From an uncultured virus (IMG/VR IMGVR_UViG_2857251867_000002) (taxonomy: Duplodnaviria > Heunggongvirae > Uroviricota > Caudoviricetes), in IMG/VR virus record IMGVR_UViG_2857251867_000002: a stretch of DNA of 64,000 nt. The stretch is one strand, 5' to 3'. The number at the start of each line of letters is the position of its first letter. The stretch's first letter is position 1. A model generated the notes under the pieces. That model made no database searches. It was not told the origin of the DNA and saw only the letters and a list, made by a program, of their open reading frames with translations. Below, one piece after another: positions 30,195 to 40,604 of this stretch. The position numbers and the translations under genes are program-made.

Positions 30195-30527
30195 ATGGAA
30201 ACATTCACTTGGTGTCCGCGTGTAAACCCGACTGAAGATGTCTCTTACAACACAAGGAAAGTCAAGTTTGGGGATGGTTATGAACAAGTTTCTGGTAATG
30301 GTTTAAATTCACGTAGTCAGAAATGGGCAATGGAGTTTGTGGGTGATGATAATTACATTTCAGCTATCCGTCACTTTATTGATAAACACGCAGGAATAAA
30401 GTCATTTTTCTGGAAACCGCCTCTTGAGCCACTTGGATTGTATCGTTGTGATGAACACAAACTCATTCCAAATGGCGCAGGAAATTACACCCTTTCTTTG
30501 GTTTTTATTCAGGCATTTAAATCATGA
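30195..30527 (+). CDS. Minor tail protein M-like
   Basis: FGDGYEQ...GLN motif. Confidence 0.9.
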   Translation: METFTWCPRVNPTEDVSYNTRKVKFGDGYEQVSGNGLNSRSQKWAMEFVGDDNYISAIRHFIDKHAGIKSFFWKPPLEPLGLYRCDEHKLIPNGAGNYTLSLVFIQAFKS

Positions 30528-31273
30528 TTACAGCTGATTATCAAAAATTAGAGCCGGGCAATACTGTCCGGCTTTTTGAAGTTGATGGTACAGAATTTGG
30601 AGTTCCTAATATTCTGAGATTCCATGCATACAATATTCCCATCACGGAAGAGGAAATACAAAATGCCAAAGGAGAAATAGAGGCTAAGTCCATTTGGTGG
30701 CAAGGGAATGAATATGGAGCATGGCCAGTTCAAATAGAAGGGTTAGAGTCCTCTACAACGGGCTCTAGTGCTAATCCTAAATTATCAGTGGCTAACCTAG
30801 ATAGCTCAATAACTGCATTATGCCTGCATTATGATGATATGTTGAAAGCGAAAGTGATTATTCACGATACCCTTTCTCATTATCTCGATGCAGATAATTT
30901 TAGTGATGGGAATACTTCTGCTGATCCCACCCAAGAGCGAGTATCTGTCTTTTATATTGATAGCAAAAGCGCAGAAACAAATGAATTTGTTGAATTTACA
31001 CTGGCGAGTCCAATGGATTTACAAGGTGTGATGATACCTACTCGGCAACTACATTCAATGTGTACGTGGTGTTTAAGAGGGCAATATAAATCGGGAGATG
31101 GGTGTGATTATGCAGGGCAAAATGGTTATTTTGATAAACAAGGTAATCCTGTTGACGATCCATCACTAGATAAGTGCAGTGGTTTATTGAAAACGGGGTG
31201 TGTGCCTCGATTCGGTAAAAATAATCCTCTTCCTTTTGGTGGTTTTGTCGGAACCTCATTGTTACGGAAATAA
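30524..31273 (+). CDS. Minor tail protein L-like
   Basis: C-terminal Cys cluster; LPFGGF. Confidence 0.9.
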   Translation: MITADYQKLEPGNTVRLFEVDGTEFGVPNILRFHAYNIPITEEEIQNAKGEIEAKSIWWQGNEYGAWPVQIEGLESSTTGSSANPKLSVANLDSSITALCLHYDDMLKAKVIIHDTLSHYLDADNFSDGNTSADPTQERVSVFYIDSKSAETNEFVEFTLASPMDLQGVMIPTRQLHSMCTWCLRGQYKSGDGCDYAGQNGYFDKQGNPVDDPSLDKCSGLLKTGCVPRFGKNNPLPFGGFVGTSLLRK

Positions 31274-31275
31274 TA

Positions 31276-32001
31276 ATGATGCAAAAGAAAATACGAGAGG
31301 CGATATTTTCTCATGCAAAAAAGGAATATCCCAAAGAAGCATGTGGCGTTATCGTACAAAAATCCAGAGTAAAGACGTATTTACCTTGCGTAAATGTAGC
31401 TAAAACACCTCAAGAACACTTCGTTATTTCTCCCCAAGAATATGCATTATGTGAAGACCAAGGCGTCGTTATTGGTATTGTTCATAGTCATCCAGATGCT
31501 ACGACTCAGCCTTCTGAGTTAGATCAGGCTCAATGTGATGCGCTGGGTATCCCTTGGTATATTGTCAGTTACCCCGAGGGGGATTTTCGTGAAATTCTTC
31601 CTCGAGGCGATCTTCCCCTTATTGGCCGTCCATTTGTGCTTGGTTTTACGGATTGTTGGGGCCTAATAATGAGTTATTTCAAGCAAACACATAATATTGT
31701 ATTACCTGATTATCGTGTTGATTATCCGTGGTGGGAGCAAGGTGAAGATCGCTATATGGATAATTGGCAAGAAGCAGGGTTTGTGAAAGTAGAAGGTGAA
31801 CCACAAGCAGGTGATATGGTTGTTATGCAGGTTCAATCCAATGTTGCAAATCATGCCGGTATTATTCTGGATGATGGTATGTTGTTACATCACCTTTATG
31901 GGCGATTAAGCCAGCGAGTTCCTTATGGTGGTTATTGGCGAGATAGAACTGTTATTATTTTAAGAATTAATAAAAGTCCACATGAAGAGGGTTTATCGTG
32001 A
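31276..32001 (+). CDS. Tail protein K-like (JAB + NlpC/P60)
   Basis: EACG, HSHPD and DCWGL motifs. Confidence 0.9.
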   Translation: MMQKKIREAIFSHAKKEYPKEACGVIVQKSRVKTYLPCVNVAKTPQEHFVISPQEYALCEDQGVVIGIVHSHPDATTQPSELDQAQCDALGIPWYIVSYPEGDFREILPRGDLPLIGRPFVLGFTDCWGLIMSYFKQTHNIVLPDYRVDYPWWEQGEDRYMDNWQEAGFVKVEGEPQAGDMVVMQVQSNVANHAGIILDDGMLLHHLYGRLSQRVPYGGYWRDRTVIILRINKSPHEEGLS

Positions 32002-32474
32002 AAAATCTATTATCGTTTTTAATTATGACATTATTAGCACTACCTAGCTTTGTGTATGCACAAAAACAATCTGATGATAAAAAAATTGATTATCGTCCAT
32101 TAACTCAAGAAGAAGAAATAACAATCAAAGCATGGGTATCTAATGGGTTAAAAGATGGGGAAAGCGCGAAATTCAAATTAAGCGAAAGAGTCATTTCTAT
32201 TAATAATGAGCCTGAATATATATATTGCGGGTTAGTTAACGCAAAAAATTCTTATGGAGCATATTCTGGTTGGGTTGTTTTTAAGAGTTTTGTAACTAAA
32301 AATGCTTACAATAAATTAATTGCACTTACGGACGTAGGGCAAAAAACGGGCGTAGAACCAGCTATGCAAATAGGTGATGGTAAATTTTATGAACAGGTAT
32401 TATTTGACACCTGTACATCTAAAGGATATTTCAAAGGAAACTATTTAAACGAAGATTTAATAGGAAGAAAGTAA
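31998..32474 (+). CDS. Secreted moron protein
   Basis: Signal peptide; YCGLVNAKNSYGAYSG; AT-rich; own terminator. Confidence 0.75.
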   Translation: MKNLLSFLIMTLLALPSFVYAQKQSDDKKIDYRPLTQEEEITIKAWVSNGLKDGESAKFKLSERVISINNEPEYIYCGLVNAKNSYGAYSGWVVFKSFVTKNAYNKLIALTDVGQKTGVEPAMQIGDGKFYEQVLFDTCTSKGYFKGNYLNEDLIGRK

Positions 32475-32504
32475 GAAAGATATAACCTTATATCTCTTAT
32501 GTCT

Positions 32505-32528
32505 ACCCGCCAAGTGCGGGTTTTTTTA
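32505..32528 (+). terminator. Intrinsic terminator
   Basis: ACCCGC/GCGGGT followed by T-run. Confidence 0.8.
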
Positions 32529-32538
32529 TGGAGTTTTT

Positions 32539-33132
32539 ATGCAAGAAGAAAAAATGGTAACAATAGAGTTAAGCGGAATATTAGGCAAAACATTTGGTAA
32601 AACTCATCAGCGCATAATTACGACAACATCAGAAGCAATCAGATCACTTTGTTGTACCTTAAATGGATTTGAACAGTATTTAAATACCAGTAAATCACGA
32701 GGATTAACATACGCTGTATTTAAAGGGAAAAAGAATATCGGTGTTGATGATCTTAATTTTCCAATATCAGAAGAAATTATTCGTATCGTTCCCATTGTGA
32801 TGGGGAGCAAAAGAGGGGGTGTTTTTCAGACTATTTTTGGTGCGGTCCTTGTTGCTGCCGCTATATGGCTACCTTGGGGATCAGCATTATGGGCTAGTAA
32901 CCTTTTGTTTGCTGTTGGCGCATCAGTCGCTATCGGCGGTGTTATCCAAATGCTTTCACCTCAACCGAAAGGTCTTGCAATGCAAGATCAGGGTGAAAAC
33001 AAACCTTCGTATGCGTTTGGCTCTCCTACTAATACCGTTTCTCAAGGTTACCCTGTGCCGGTGCTTTATGGCGAAAGAACTATTGGTGGTGCCATCATTT
33101 CCGCAGGTATTTATGTAGAAGATCAGCAATAA
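32539..33132 (+). CDS. Tail assembly protein I-like
   Basis: QGYPVPVLYGE..IGGAIIS. Confidence 0.9.
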   Translation: MQEEKMVTIELSGILGKTFGKTHQRIITTTSEAIRSLCCTLNGFEQYLNTSKSRGLTYAVFKGKKNIGVDDLNFPISEEIIRIVPIVMGSKRGGVFQTIFGAVLVAAAIWLPWGSALWASNLLFAVGASVAIGGVIQMLSPQPKGLAMQDQGENKPSYAFGSPTNTVSQGYPVPVLYGERTIGGAIISAGIYVEDQQ

Positions 33133-33151
33133 ATCTATTTGGAATAATCTA

Positions 33152-36100
33152 ATGAGAAAAACAATTCACGGTCAAAAAGGGGGCGGTGGTAGTCCTCGTG
33201 TGCCTGTTGAGCAACCTGATGATTTGCAATCTATTGCTAAAGCAAAGTTACTCATTGCCTTGGGGGAGGGAGAATTTGCTGGAGAGTTAACGGCACAAAA
33301 TATCTTCCTTGATGGTGCGCCGTTAGAAGACACTGAAGGAAATGCAAATTTTAGTGGTGTAACGTGGGATTTTAGACCAGGCACACAAGCACAGACTTAT
33401 ATTCAAGGATTACCTAGCGCTGAAAATGAGATCAATGTTGGTTCAACGATTTCGAGTAAAACACCGTGGGTTCACACATTTACCAATTCACAATTATCAG
33501 CTATTCGAGTTCGTCTAAAGTGGCCTTCATTATTCAAGCAAGAAGATAATGGGGATTTGGTGGGTAATGAAGTTAAATACGCCATTGATTTACAAACTGA
33601 TGGTGGTAGCTGGAAAACCGTTATTGATAGTGCAGTAAAAGGGAAAACAACTTCAGGTTATGAGCGAGCTCATCGAATTGATTTACCTGAATCGACAACA
33701 TCATGGTCACTACGTGTTAGAAAAGTCTCTAATGATGCTAATAGCAGTAAAATCGGTGATACGGTTGTTTTGCAAAGTTACACTGAAGTCATTGATGCTA
33801 AATTCACCTATCCTCATACAGCGTTACTTTATATCGAATTCGACTCTAAACAATTCAACGGCTCTATTCCGCAAATAACGTGCAAACCGAAAGGGCGCAT
33901 AATCCGAATACCCTCAAATTACAATCCTATTGATCGCACCTATACGGGGGTGTGGGATGGTTCCTTTAAATGGGCATGGACCAATAATCCCGCATGGGTT
34001 TTCTACGATATTGTCATCTCCGATAGATTTGGTCTTGGACAACGAATAAATCAACAACAGATAGATAAATGGGAGTTATACCGTATAGCACAGTATTGTG
34101 ATCAATTGGTACCCGATGGAAAAGGTGGTGACGGCACAGAACCTCGTTATGTCTGTGATGTTTATGTGCAAGATAGAAATGAAGCGTATAACGTGTTACG
34201 TGACTTTGCCGCCATCTTTCGAGGAATGACCTATTGGGGGGGCGGTCAGATTGTGACATTAGCGGATATGCCTCGTGATATTGATTATAGCTATACCCGA
34301 GCTAATGTGATTGATGGAAAATTTATTTATTCAAGCAGTAGCAGTAAAGAAAAGTATTCCACAGCATTGGTTTCGTATTCAGATCCGCAAAATGGATATG
34401 CTGATGCAATGGAGCCAGTGTTTGAACCTGATTTAGTTTCTCGGTTTGGGTTTAATCAATTAGAAGTTACCGCAATTGGTTGCACCCGACAAAGTGAGGC
34501 AAACAGAAAAGGGCGTTGGGGAATACTGACAAACAATAAAGACAGAATGGTGACATTTTCTGTTGGGTTAGATGGAAACATTCCGCAACCTGGTTACATT
34601 ATTGCTGTTGCTGATGAACTGTTGTCAGGAAAAGTCACTGGCGGTCGAGTGAGTGCTATCGATGGCAGAAATATCACGTTAGATCGCGTTTCAAGTGCTG
34701 TAAGTGGTGATCGCTTAATTCTCAATCTTCCTTCAGGGCAATCGCAAGCAAGAACGATACAAACAGTATCCGGGAAAGAGATCACGGTTACAACGGAATA
34801 CAGTGAGACACCAGAGACAGAATGTGTGTGGGTTGTAGAGTCAGAAGAGCTGTATGCGCAACAATATCGGGTTGTCAGTGTCACTGAAAATGAATCTAAT
34901 CAATTTACTATTACCGCCATTCAGCATGATCCCAATAAATATGAACATGTTGATTCTGGTGCGTTGATTGATGAAAGGCCTATTAGCGTTATTCCTCCTA
35001 ATAATCAGCAAGCTCCGAAAAACATTATCATTGATTCTTACTCAATGGTCAGTCAAGGCGTTAGCTTTGAAACAATGCGAGCACAGTGGCCACAAGTTGA
35101 AAACGCAATCTCTTATGAAGCGCAATGGCGTAGAAACGAAGGTAATTGGGTCAATATGCCTCGTAGCTCCATTAACTCTATTGAAGTTCCTAATGTTTAT
35201 TCTGGTCGATATTTAGTCCGTGCTCGAGCTATCAATGCTTCTGAGATCTCCAGCGGGTGGGGATATTCTGAAGAAAAAACGTTAACAGGCAAAATGGGTA
35301 ACCCACCAAAACCGGTTAACTTTAGAACGTCACCATTAGTATTTGGCATTAAGTTAGATTGGGGATTTGGTGAAAATACTAGTGATACGTTAAAAACTGA
35401 AATCCAGTACAGCAAGACGAATGATGGTGAAGGTTTGATGCTGCTATCTGATGTTCCATATCCATCTAAAACGTATGAAATGGCAGGTTTGTCAGCAGGT
35501 GTGGCATTTTATTTTAGAGCACGGCTGGTGGATAAAACGGGTAATCAATCTGAGTGGACTGAGTTTATTCGCGGGGAATCGGAGTTTGATGTAGGAACGA
35601 TATTGCCAGAGCTTGATGAGCATTTCATGTCATCGGAAGCTGGTCAACAACTTAGTAAACGCTTGGATTGGAATGCTGAGACAGCGCTTATTCTTAGTAA
35701 CGCTGACTCTCAACTATCACGTAGTTTGTTAGTGAAACACGGTCAATCTCAAGCTGGAATTAAAGAACTATGGCAAGTTCGTGCAACGGATAACGAAGCA
35801 TGGGCACAGGAAGTTAAAGAAATTTACTCTGCGGTTGGTGATAACACGTCTGCAATTAAAGAGACTCAAACTTCAATTACTGAGCTAAATAAGGCGTTCG
35901 GTCAAACAACTACGGAGATCCGTACTGAGTTAAAAACAACTAATGATGCAACAAATAAACGCATTGATGGTACCAATCAAGATTTAGCTAATACTAATCA
36001 GAAGTTAGGCAATACAGATAAGGAAATGGGGCGTATTGCTGCGGATGTTGTGACAAATAAGGAGGCTATTAGTAAAACAAATGAGGCAATGGCTAAATCT

Positions 36101-37075
36101 GAAGAGCAGGTACAAGCTCAATTCGGTGAACAGCAGGGCATGATTAACCAGAAAATGCAGGCTGAGTTTAGTCAGACAGGCGATGGTGTTGTCACGCACT
36201 CAATTAATATCACGATTGTTCATGACAAGGTTAAATATAACGCAGCAGGGCAAGTGATTAGCGCCCAAGTTAAGAATGGTAAATTGGAATCATTCTTTGG
36301 TTATAACGCGAATAACTTTGCTTGGTATAACCCAGCAAATGGCAAGATGGAATTATTCATGTATGCCAAAAATGGGCAATTGTTTATTCGAGATTTATTT
36401 ATTGAAGATGGTTCTATTACAAACGCAAAAATAGGGAATGTTATTCAATCAAATAATTATTTAAATGGGAGGCCGAGCTGGATAATTAATAAAAATGGGT
36501 TTGCTGAATTTCAGAATATAAAAGCAAGAGGAGAAATAGAGGCAATTTCTGGACGTTTAAAAAATGTTGTTATTGAGGAAAGTTGTGAAATCCTCGGAAC
36601 GTTAAATGTTGAAAACTTGGAAGGGAATATAGTTACAGTTACTCAAGATGTTTATCGTAGTCTCTCTTTCCCTCATAGTGAAATTGTTGAATTATTTAAA
36701 GTTAAACGAAGAACTCAAAAGTGTTTTATATGGGTGCAAGGCGCATTAAATCCATACGAAAGAATACCAAATAATGGTGTCAGGGTAGAGAACAGAGCGG
36801 CATTTGCATACCGTGCACCTGGTTACGGTCATAATGGAGGAGAAGCCGATATCTATATTGATGGGGTTATTCAGCCCAAACCTAACACCTACAACATGGA
36901 GGGGTTAGCAACGCCTGATTTTTATGCTGTAAATGAGTTTGTGTTGGAATTAAGTCCAGGTGAAGGTGTTGCCAGCATCGGCATAAAAATCCCTCGACTC
37001 GACAATCAAACGACACGTTTTATTATGCGAGCCAGAATAATCGTATTTCCAGATAATCAAGATGTTATTTTTTAA
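33152..37075 (+). CDS. Host specificity / tail tip protein J-like
   Basis: 1307 aa; WTNNPAW, Fn3-like repeats, coiled coil, ITNAKIG. Confidence 0.92.
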   Translation: MRKTIHGQKGGGGSPRVPVEQPDDLQSIAKAKLLIALGEGEFAGELTAQNIFLDGAPLEDTEGNANFSGVTWDFRPGTQAQTYIQGLPSAENEINVGSTISSKTPWVHTFTNSQLSAIRVRLKWPSLFKQEDNGDLVGNEVKYAIDLQTDGGSWKTVIDSAVKGKTTSGYERAHRIDLPESTTSWSLRVRKVSNDANSSKIGDTVVLQSYTEVIDAKFTYPHTALLYIEFDSKQFNGSIPQITCKPKGRIIRIPSNYNPIDRTYTGVWDGSFKWAWTNNPAWVFYDIVISDRFGLGQRINQQQIDKWELYRIAQYCDQLVPDGKGGDGTEPRYVCDVYVQDRNEAYNVLRDFAAIFRGMTYWGGGQIVTLADMPRDIDYSYTRANVIDGKFIYSSSSSKEKYSTALVSYSDPQNGYADAMEPVFEPDLVSRFGFNQLEVTAIGCTRQSEANRKGRWGILTNNKDRMVTFSVGLDGNIPQPGYIIAVADELLSGKVTGGRVSAIDGRNITLDRVSSAVSGDRLILNLPSGQSQARTIQTVSGKEITVTTEYSETPETECVWVVESEELYAQQYRVVSVTENESNQFTITAIQHDPNKYEHVDSGALIDERPISVIPPNNQQAPKNIIIDSYSMVSQGVSFETMRAQWPQVENAISYEAQWRRNEGNWVNMPRSSINSIEVPNVYSGRYLVRARAINASEISSGWGYSEEKTLTGKMGNPPKPVNFRTSPLVFGIKLDWGFGENTSDTLKTEIQYSKTNDGEGLMLLSDVPYPSKTYEMAGLSAGVAFYFRARLVDKTGNQSEWTEFIRGESEFDVGTILPELDEHFMSSEAGQQLSKRLDWNAETALILSNADSQLSRSLLVKHGQSQAGIKELWQVRATDNEAWAQEVKEIYSAVGDNTSAIKETQTSITELNKAFGQTTTEIRTELKTTNDATNKRIDGTNQDLANTNQKLGNTDKEMGRIAADVVTNKEAISKTNEAMAKSEEQVQAQFGEQQGMINQKMQAEFSQTGDGVVTHSINITIVHDKVKYNAAGQVISAQVKNGKLESFFGYNANNFAWYNPANGKMELFMYAKNGQLFIRDLFIEDGSITNAKIGNVIQSNNYLNGRPSWIINKNGFAEFQNIKARGEIEAISGRLKNVVIEESCEILGTLNVENLEGNIVTVTQDVYRSLSFPHSEIVELFKVKRRTQKCFIWVQGALNPYERIPNNGVRVENRAAFAYRAPGYGHNGGEADIYIDGVIQPKPNTYNMEGLATPDFYAVNEFVLELSPGEGVASIGIKIPRLDNQTTRFIMRARIIVFPDNQDVIF

Positions 37076-37098
37076 TTAAACCATGGAATAAATCAATT

Positions 37099-38466
37099 AT
37101 GATATACACAACAGGCACTGTTAACACGGTGTCAGGGTCTGCTATTGTTAAAGGCACTGGCACTAAATTTAAAAATAATAATCCCGCCATTAATATTGGA
37201 ATGACGATTTTAATTAAATCGGGAAATACGAATATTCCGTATATGATTAAATCCGTTAATTCCGATACTGAATTAGTATTAGCACAACCTGCATTAGCCA
37301 CCGCAACGAACACCACATTCTCAATTCATATTACTGAGCCAGATAATAATAGTGATGCAGCAAGAACGATGGTTGCAATAAATGCATACACACAATATTT
37401 CCTTGATGCAATGAATACATGGATGAGTGAAACAGGGCAGACAAAAATTGAGATGCCAAATGGTGAAGTTATCACACTCGATAGCATTAAGAAGATGCAG
37501 GGGGATATTAGTGGAAAAGTGAATAAAACTGGTGATGTAATTTCTGGTAATCTGATCACAAGTGGCTATTTTAAAAGTGAAGGTGGGGAAGTTAATGTGG
37601 CAGGTAATGGAGCCACTGCAAGTATAATGGTTCAAGATGGATTACCACAATTAGTTAGTCGTATTGGTAGCGGAAAGTGGGTACGAAATCAGTTACCAAC
37701 TGAGGCTGGTAAAATAATGGTTGTTGGTGATTATGGGATTGGTATGGCAGGGCTTAGAGAGCCATCTGGGGTGTCTTGCTTTTATGGTGTAGCGTCAGGC
37801 GGTGTTGCGGGTTTTTCATCAAATGGCGCTGGATTCCAATCCACATACCAACAAAACAGACGAGCGATGCTATTTGTAAATACTATCGGTGATTTACAAG
37901 TAAGATTTAGTTTGTCAGATTCCATCGTAGATACAACAACACCATGGCGTACAGTATGGAGTTCAAATAATACAACGGTAGACAGTAACGGTTTTATTAA
38001 ACGCGCCTCTCCAATCATCGACATCAACCCTGACGGCACATTCACTACTAACGACGAATCTGAGGGCGCAACTGTTACTCGAGTAGCTCAGGGCGAATAC
38101 CTTATCGAGGGTGTATTAGGTTTTAATGCTGATGCAGGCTGGGGCGGTGTCGATGGTGGTATTGAAATTCCGCTAGATGTCAATAAACAACCACTGATAT
38201 GGGTTAACTCTAAAATCAACAAAGACGGCTCTATTCTCGTTAAAACGTATCATCGCACTCACCCTAACGCACCTGAGTTTGCTAATAATGAAATTAACGG
38301 TTTCAATGATGGTGATCCAATTGATATCCCTGATGGTCGTTTTATTTCCGTTCGTGTACAGATGCCAGAGCAATCAATCTATAACGTGAGAATGCGTGAG
38401 ATGGAAGAAGCGCAGAAAGAGGAGGAGGAAGAAAATCAGAGTGCTAATGAAGATACTACATGTTGA
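37099..38466 (+). CDS. Tail fibre protein
   Basis: YTTGTV..GTGT N-terminus; NTTVDSNGFIKRASP C-domain. Confidence 0.85.
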   Translation: MIYTTGTVNTVSGSAIVKGTGTKFKNNNPAINIGMTILIKSGNTNIPYMIKSVNSDTELVLAQPALATATNTTFSIHITEPDNNSDAARTMVAINAYTQYFLDAMNTWMSETGQTKIEMPNGEVITLDSIKKMQGDISGKVNKTGDVISGNLITSGYFKSEGGEVNVAGNGATASIMVQDGLPQLVSRIGSGKWVRNQLPTEAGKIMVVGDYGIGMAGLREPSGVSCFYGVASGGVAGFSSNGAGFQSTYQQNRRAMLFVNTIGDLQVRFSLSDSIVDTTTPWRTVWSSNNTTVDSNGFIKRASPIIDINPDGTFTTNDESEGATVTRVAQGEYLIEGVLGFNADAGWGGVDGGIEIPLDVNKQPLIWVNSKINKDGSILVKTYHRTHPNAPEFANNEINGFNDGDPIDIPDGRFISVRVQMPEQSIYNVRMREMEEAQKEEEEENQSANEDTTC

Positions 38467-38527
38467 AATCTAAATTAAATCGTGTGTTATTATAGTTATT
38501 AATTCAATAGACATAAAGATATTCAAG

Positions 38528-39058
38528 ATGGATGAATTTGTAAAAATAAGAAGAGCATCTTTAAGTGATGCAGAATCTTTGGGGGTAATTGGCCCTGCAG
38601 CTTATTCCGCTATATATCATTACCTGTGGGATGATTGTGTAGCGTTAGCTCATCAACTTAATACTTTTAGCACACAGTCATTTTTAACGTTACTACAAAA
38701 GGCTGATACGAAGGTTTGGGTTGCTGAAGCTCAAGGGGTTATCATTGGTTTCTTAATTATGATAATACATTCAAAAAATCCAATTACATATGAGAATGCT
38801 GGCGCAGAAATATCAAGAATTTATCTTCTTCCTGGTAGTCAGAAGATGGGTATAGGCTTTCAACTGATGAGCATGGCAAGAGAATATGCGAATAAACTTA
38901 ATTTGACACATATGTGGCTGGATGTAATGTCATCTGCTAAACATGCAAGAAAAGCTTATAGCAAGTGGGGATTTATAGAGATAGGAACTAAAGTTTTTCC
39001 ACGTAGTGTTAAATTTGAATATTCTCAAATGGCTGTACTAAGAATGTCTCTTGTATAA
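38528..39058 (+). CDS. GNAT-family N-acetyltransferase (moron)
   Basis: IYLLPGSQKMGIG and WLDV...ARKAYSKWGF. Confidence 0.85.
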   Translation: MDEFVKIRRASLSDAESLGVIGPAAYSAIYHYLWDDCVALAHQLNTFSTQSFLTLLQKADTKVWVAEAQGVIIGFLIMIIHSKNPITYENAGAEISRIYLLPGSQKMGIGFQLMSMAREYANKLNLTHMWLDVMSSAKHARKAYSKWGFIEIGTKVFPRSVKFEYSQMAVLRMSLV

Positions 39059-39086
39059 GATAATAAATATAATTTTTATTATCTTA

Positions 39087-39240
39087 TTAAGACCACTCTG
39101 TTTTCAAATACTGCACCGAATTTCCATCAGGCAACTTCTTACTCCTCTCACGATAAAACGCTAGTCGTTCATTAAAGTACGCTCTCAAATGTGCTGGTTG
39201 TTGTCGTTAAACTTCTACGGCAACAACTGGCATATTGAGT
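39087..39240 (-). pseudogene. holE: DNA polymerase III theta (holE/hot-like) remnant
   Basis: Translates as LNMPVVAVEV*RQQPAHLRAYFNERLAFYR; 5' end missing, internal stop. Confidence 0.7.
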
Positions 39241-39569
39241 TGTGTTTATATTTTATTGAAATAAAACATGTAGCCACAATTTGGGCATAATAAGATTAGG
39301 TTTTTCTTAAGCTTGTGTTTATTTTGTTTAGCAACATAGGAACAACTTGGGCAGGTAACTTCTACTAGTGCGTCTTGAAACATTCTTATCACATTAAAAG
39401 CTTTCATATCTTTCACCCATTATAGGGATATCGTGATTCAGTGTACGCTACTTTGTATTTTATTGCTTAATTTTTGTTCTTTTATTTGTGGTGACAAGTT
39501 TTATTACACCACATGATAAAGCACAGCAAGTACGTTTGAGTATTTAAGGTGCCAGAAACTGCCTGTTGG

Positions 39570-39943
39570 TTAGCCAACTACCATACACTCACCTTCAATA
39601 AAATTCTCTCCGTCATCTTCGCATTTCACAAGACGACACTTTCCACATAAGCCATACCGACTAATGACGCATCGAACACCAGGAGAACTGCTTGAGCCTT
39701 GGTGTTTGTTTTGTCGTCGCTCATAACTGGATGCTTTTTCCAACAAACCATCCTTAACCATGCTATCTAATGTTCTACGGGTAGATTCGAGAATGCTTTT
39801 CTTGTCAAAAGAACCCATCCCTTTAAGCATATAGGCTACACCTGAAACATCGAAGGTGGTGCGCCAATTTCACCCGTTACCCATTCAAGATTGTTAGGAT
39901 TAAATAATTCCATTATCTCTTTTTTGCGTGAGGTCATTCTCAT
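39570..39943 (-). pseudogene. Frameshifted hypothetical phage gene
   Basis: MRMTSRKKEI...GEIGAPP frame stops early; adjacent frame continues FDVSGVAYMLKG... Confidence 0.6.
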
Positions 39944-40231
39944 TTTTAATATTCCTTATTGTGGGTTACATATATCCTACAATAAGGAATTTAAATAACA
40001 TATAAATACTATGCTTCTTTTAGCGACGAAAGTTTTTCACACCATGTATCAAGCGTTTCTCGTTTTTCTCTTAAATAATCATATCTATCATAATGCTTCT
40101 GAGAAACCACTAGTCTTTTATGGATTTGTACCACATTCTTTAACTCAGAACTTATTTCCATTTCCCAGCTAATGTTTTGAATATTTATAGTCCTAATGTG
40201 TGGTTATCAAAACCAATAAAAGTATTATGGT

Positions 40232-40244
40232 AATCAACTAGTTA
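40232..40244 (+). promoter_or_regulatory. IHF-type site in att arm
   Basis: AATCAACTAGTTA matches WATCAANNNNTTR, ~90 bp from the att core. Confidence 0.5.
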
Positions 40245-40330
40245 TAAAAAGGCATAACCACCATTTTTTAGGTCTATCAAGATTGAATATACCTTAATAA
40301 ACAAATAGTTAACGATAGCAGGTTTATATA

Positions 40331-40495
40331 ATGCTACGCCACATGGGTTGGACAGAAGCTGCTGACTTAATCATTAAAGGTATGGAAGGCGCGATTGCCG
40401 CTAAGACTGTCACTTATGATTTCGAACGTCAGTTAGAAGGCGCTAAATTGCTGAAATGTAGCGAGTTTGGTGACGCGATTATCAAGCATATGTAA
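40331..40495 (+). pseudogene. icd: Duplicated 3' end of isocitrate dehydrogenase; att junction
   Basis: [54 protein letters not shown]. Confidence 0.95.
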
Positions 40496-40515
40496 TTGTT
40501 GATTTGATAAATAGT

Positions 40516-40548
40516 TAACGGGAGCTTATTAGTTCCCGTTTATTTTTT
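40516..40548 (+). terminator. Terminator after icd fragment
   Basis: AACGGGA/TCCCGTT stem followed by T-rich run. Confidence 0.7.
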
Positions 40549-40561
40549 GTACTATAAAATT

Positions 40562-40597
40562 CTTCCCCAAAATATCCCCAAAACTCTTCCCCAAAAC
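40562..40597 (+). repeat. Three TCCCCAAAA repeats, probable integrase arm-type sites
   Basis: Tandem repeats between att core and int stop. Confidence 0.6.
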
Positions 40598-40604
40598 TGT
40601 TCAA

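Larger units (their letters stand above)
1..40495. mobile_element. Prophage 1, lambdoid/HK97-like siphovirus, apparently near-complete
   Basis: Canonical gene order int-xis-left arm-cI-cro-rep-Q-lysis-terminase-portal-capsid-tail-fibre, ending at a duplicated icd 3' end. Confidence 0.95.

Noticed and set aside
18400..38400. Many 60-145 aa ORFs antisense or out of frame to structural genes
   Set aside because: They are shadow ORFs overlapping well-supported genes, with no motifs or RBS support.
33152..38466. Diversity-generating retroelement or invertible tail-fibre switch
   Set aside because: No reverse transcriptase, invertase or template/variable repeat pair is visible.
39132..39152. Possible cassette-boundary motif after the GNAT gene
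   Set aside because: The sequence is explained as coding remnant of the holE-like gene.
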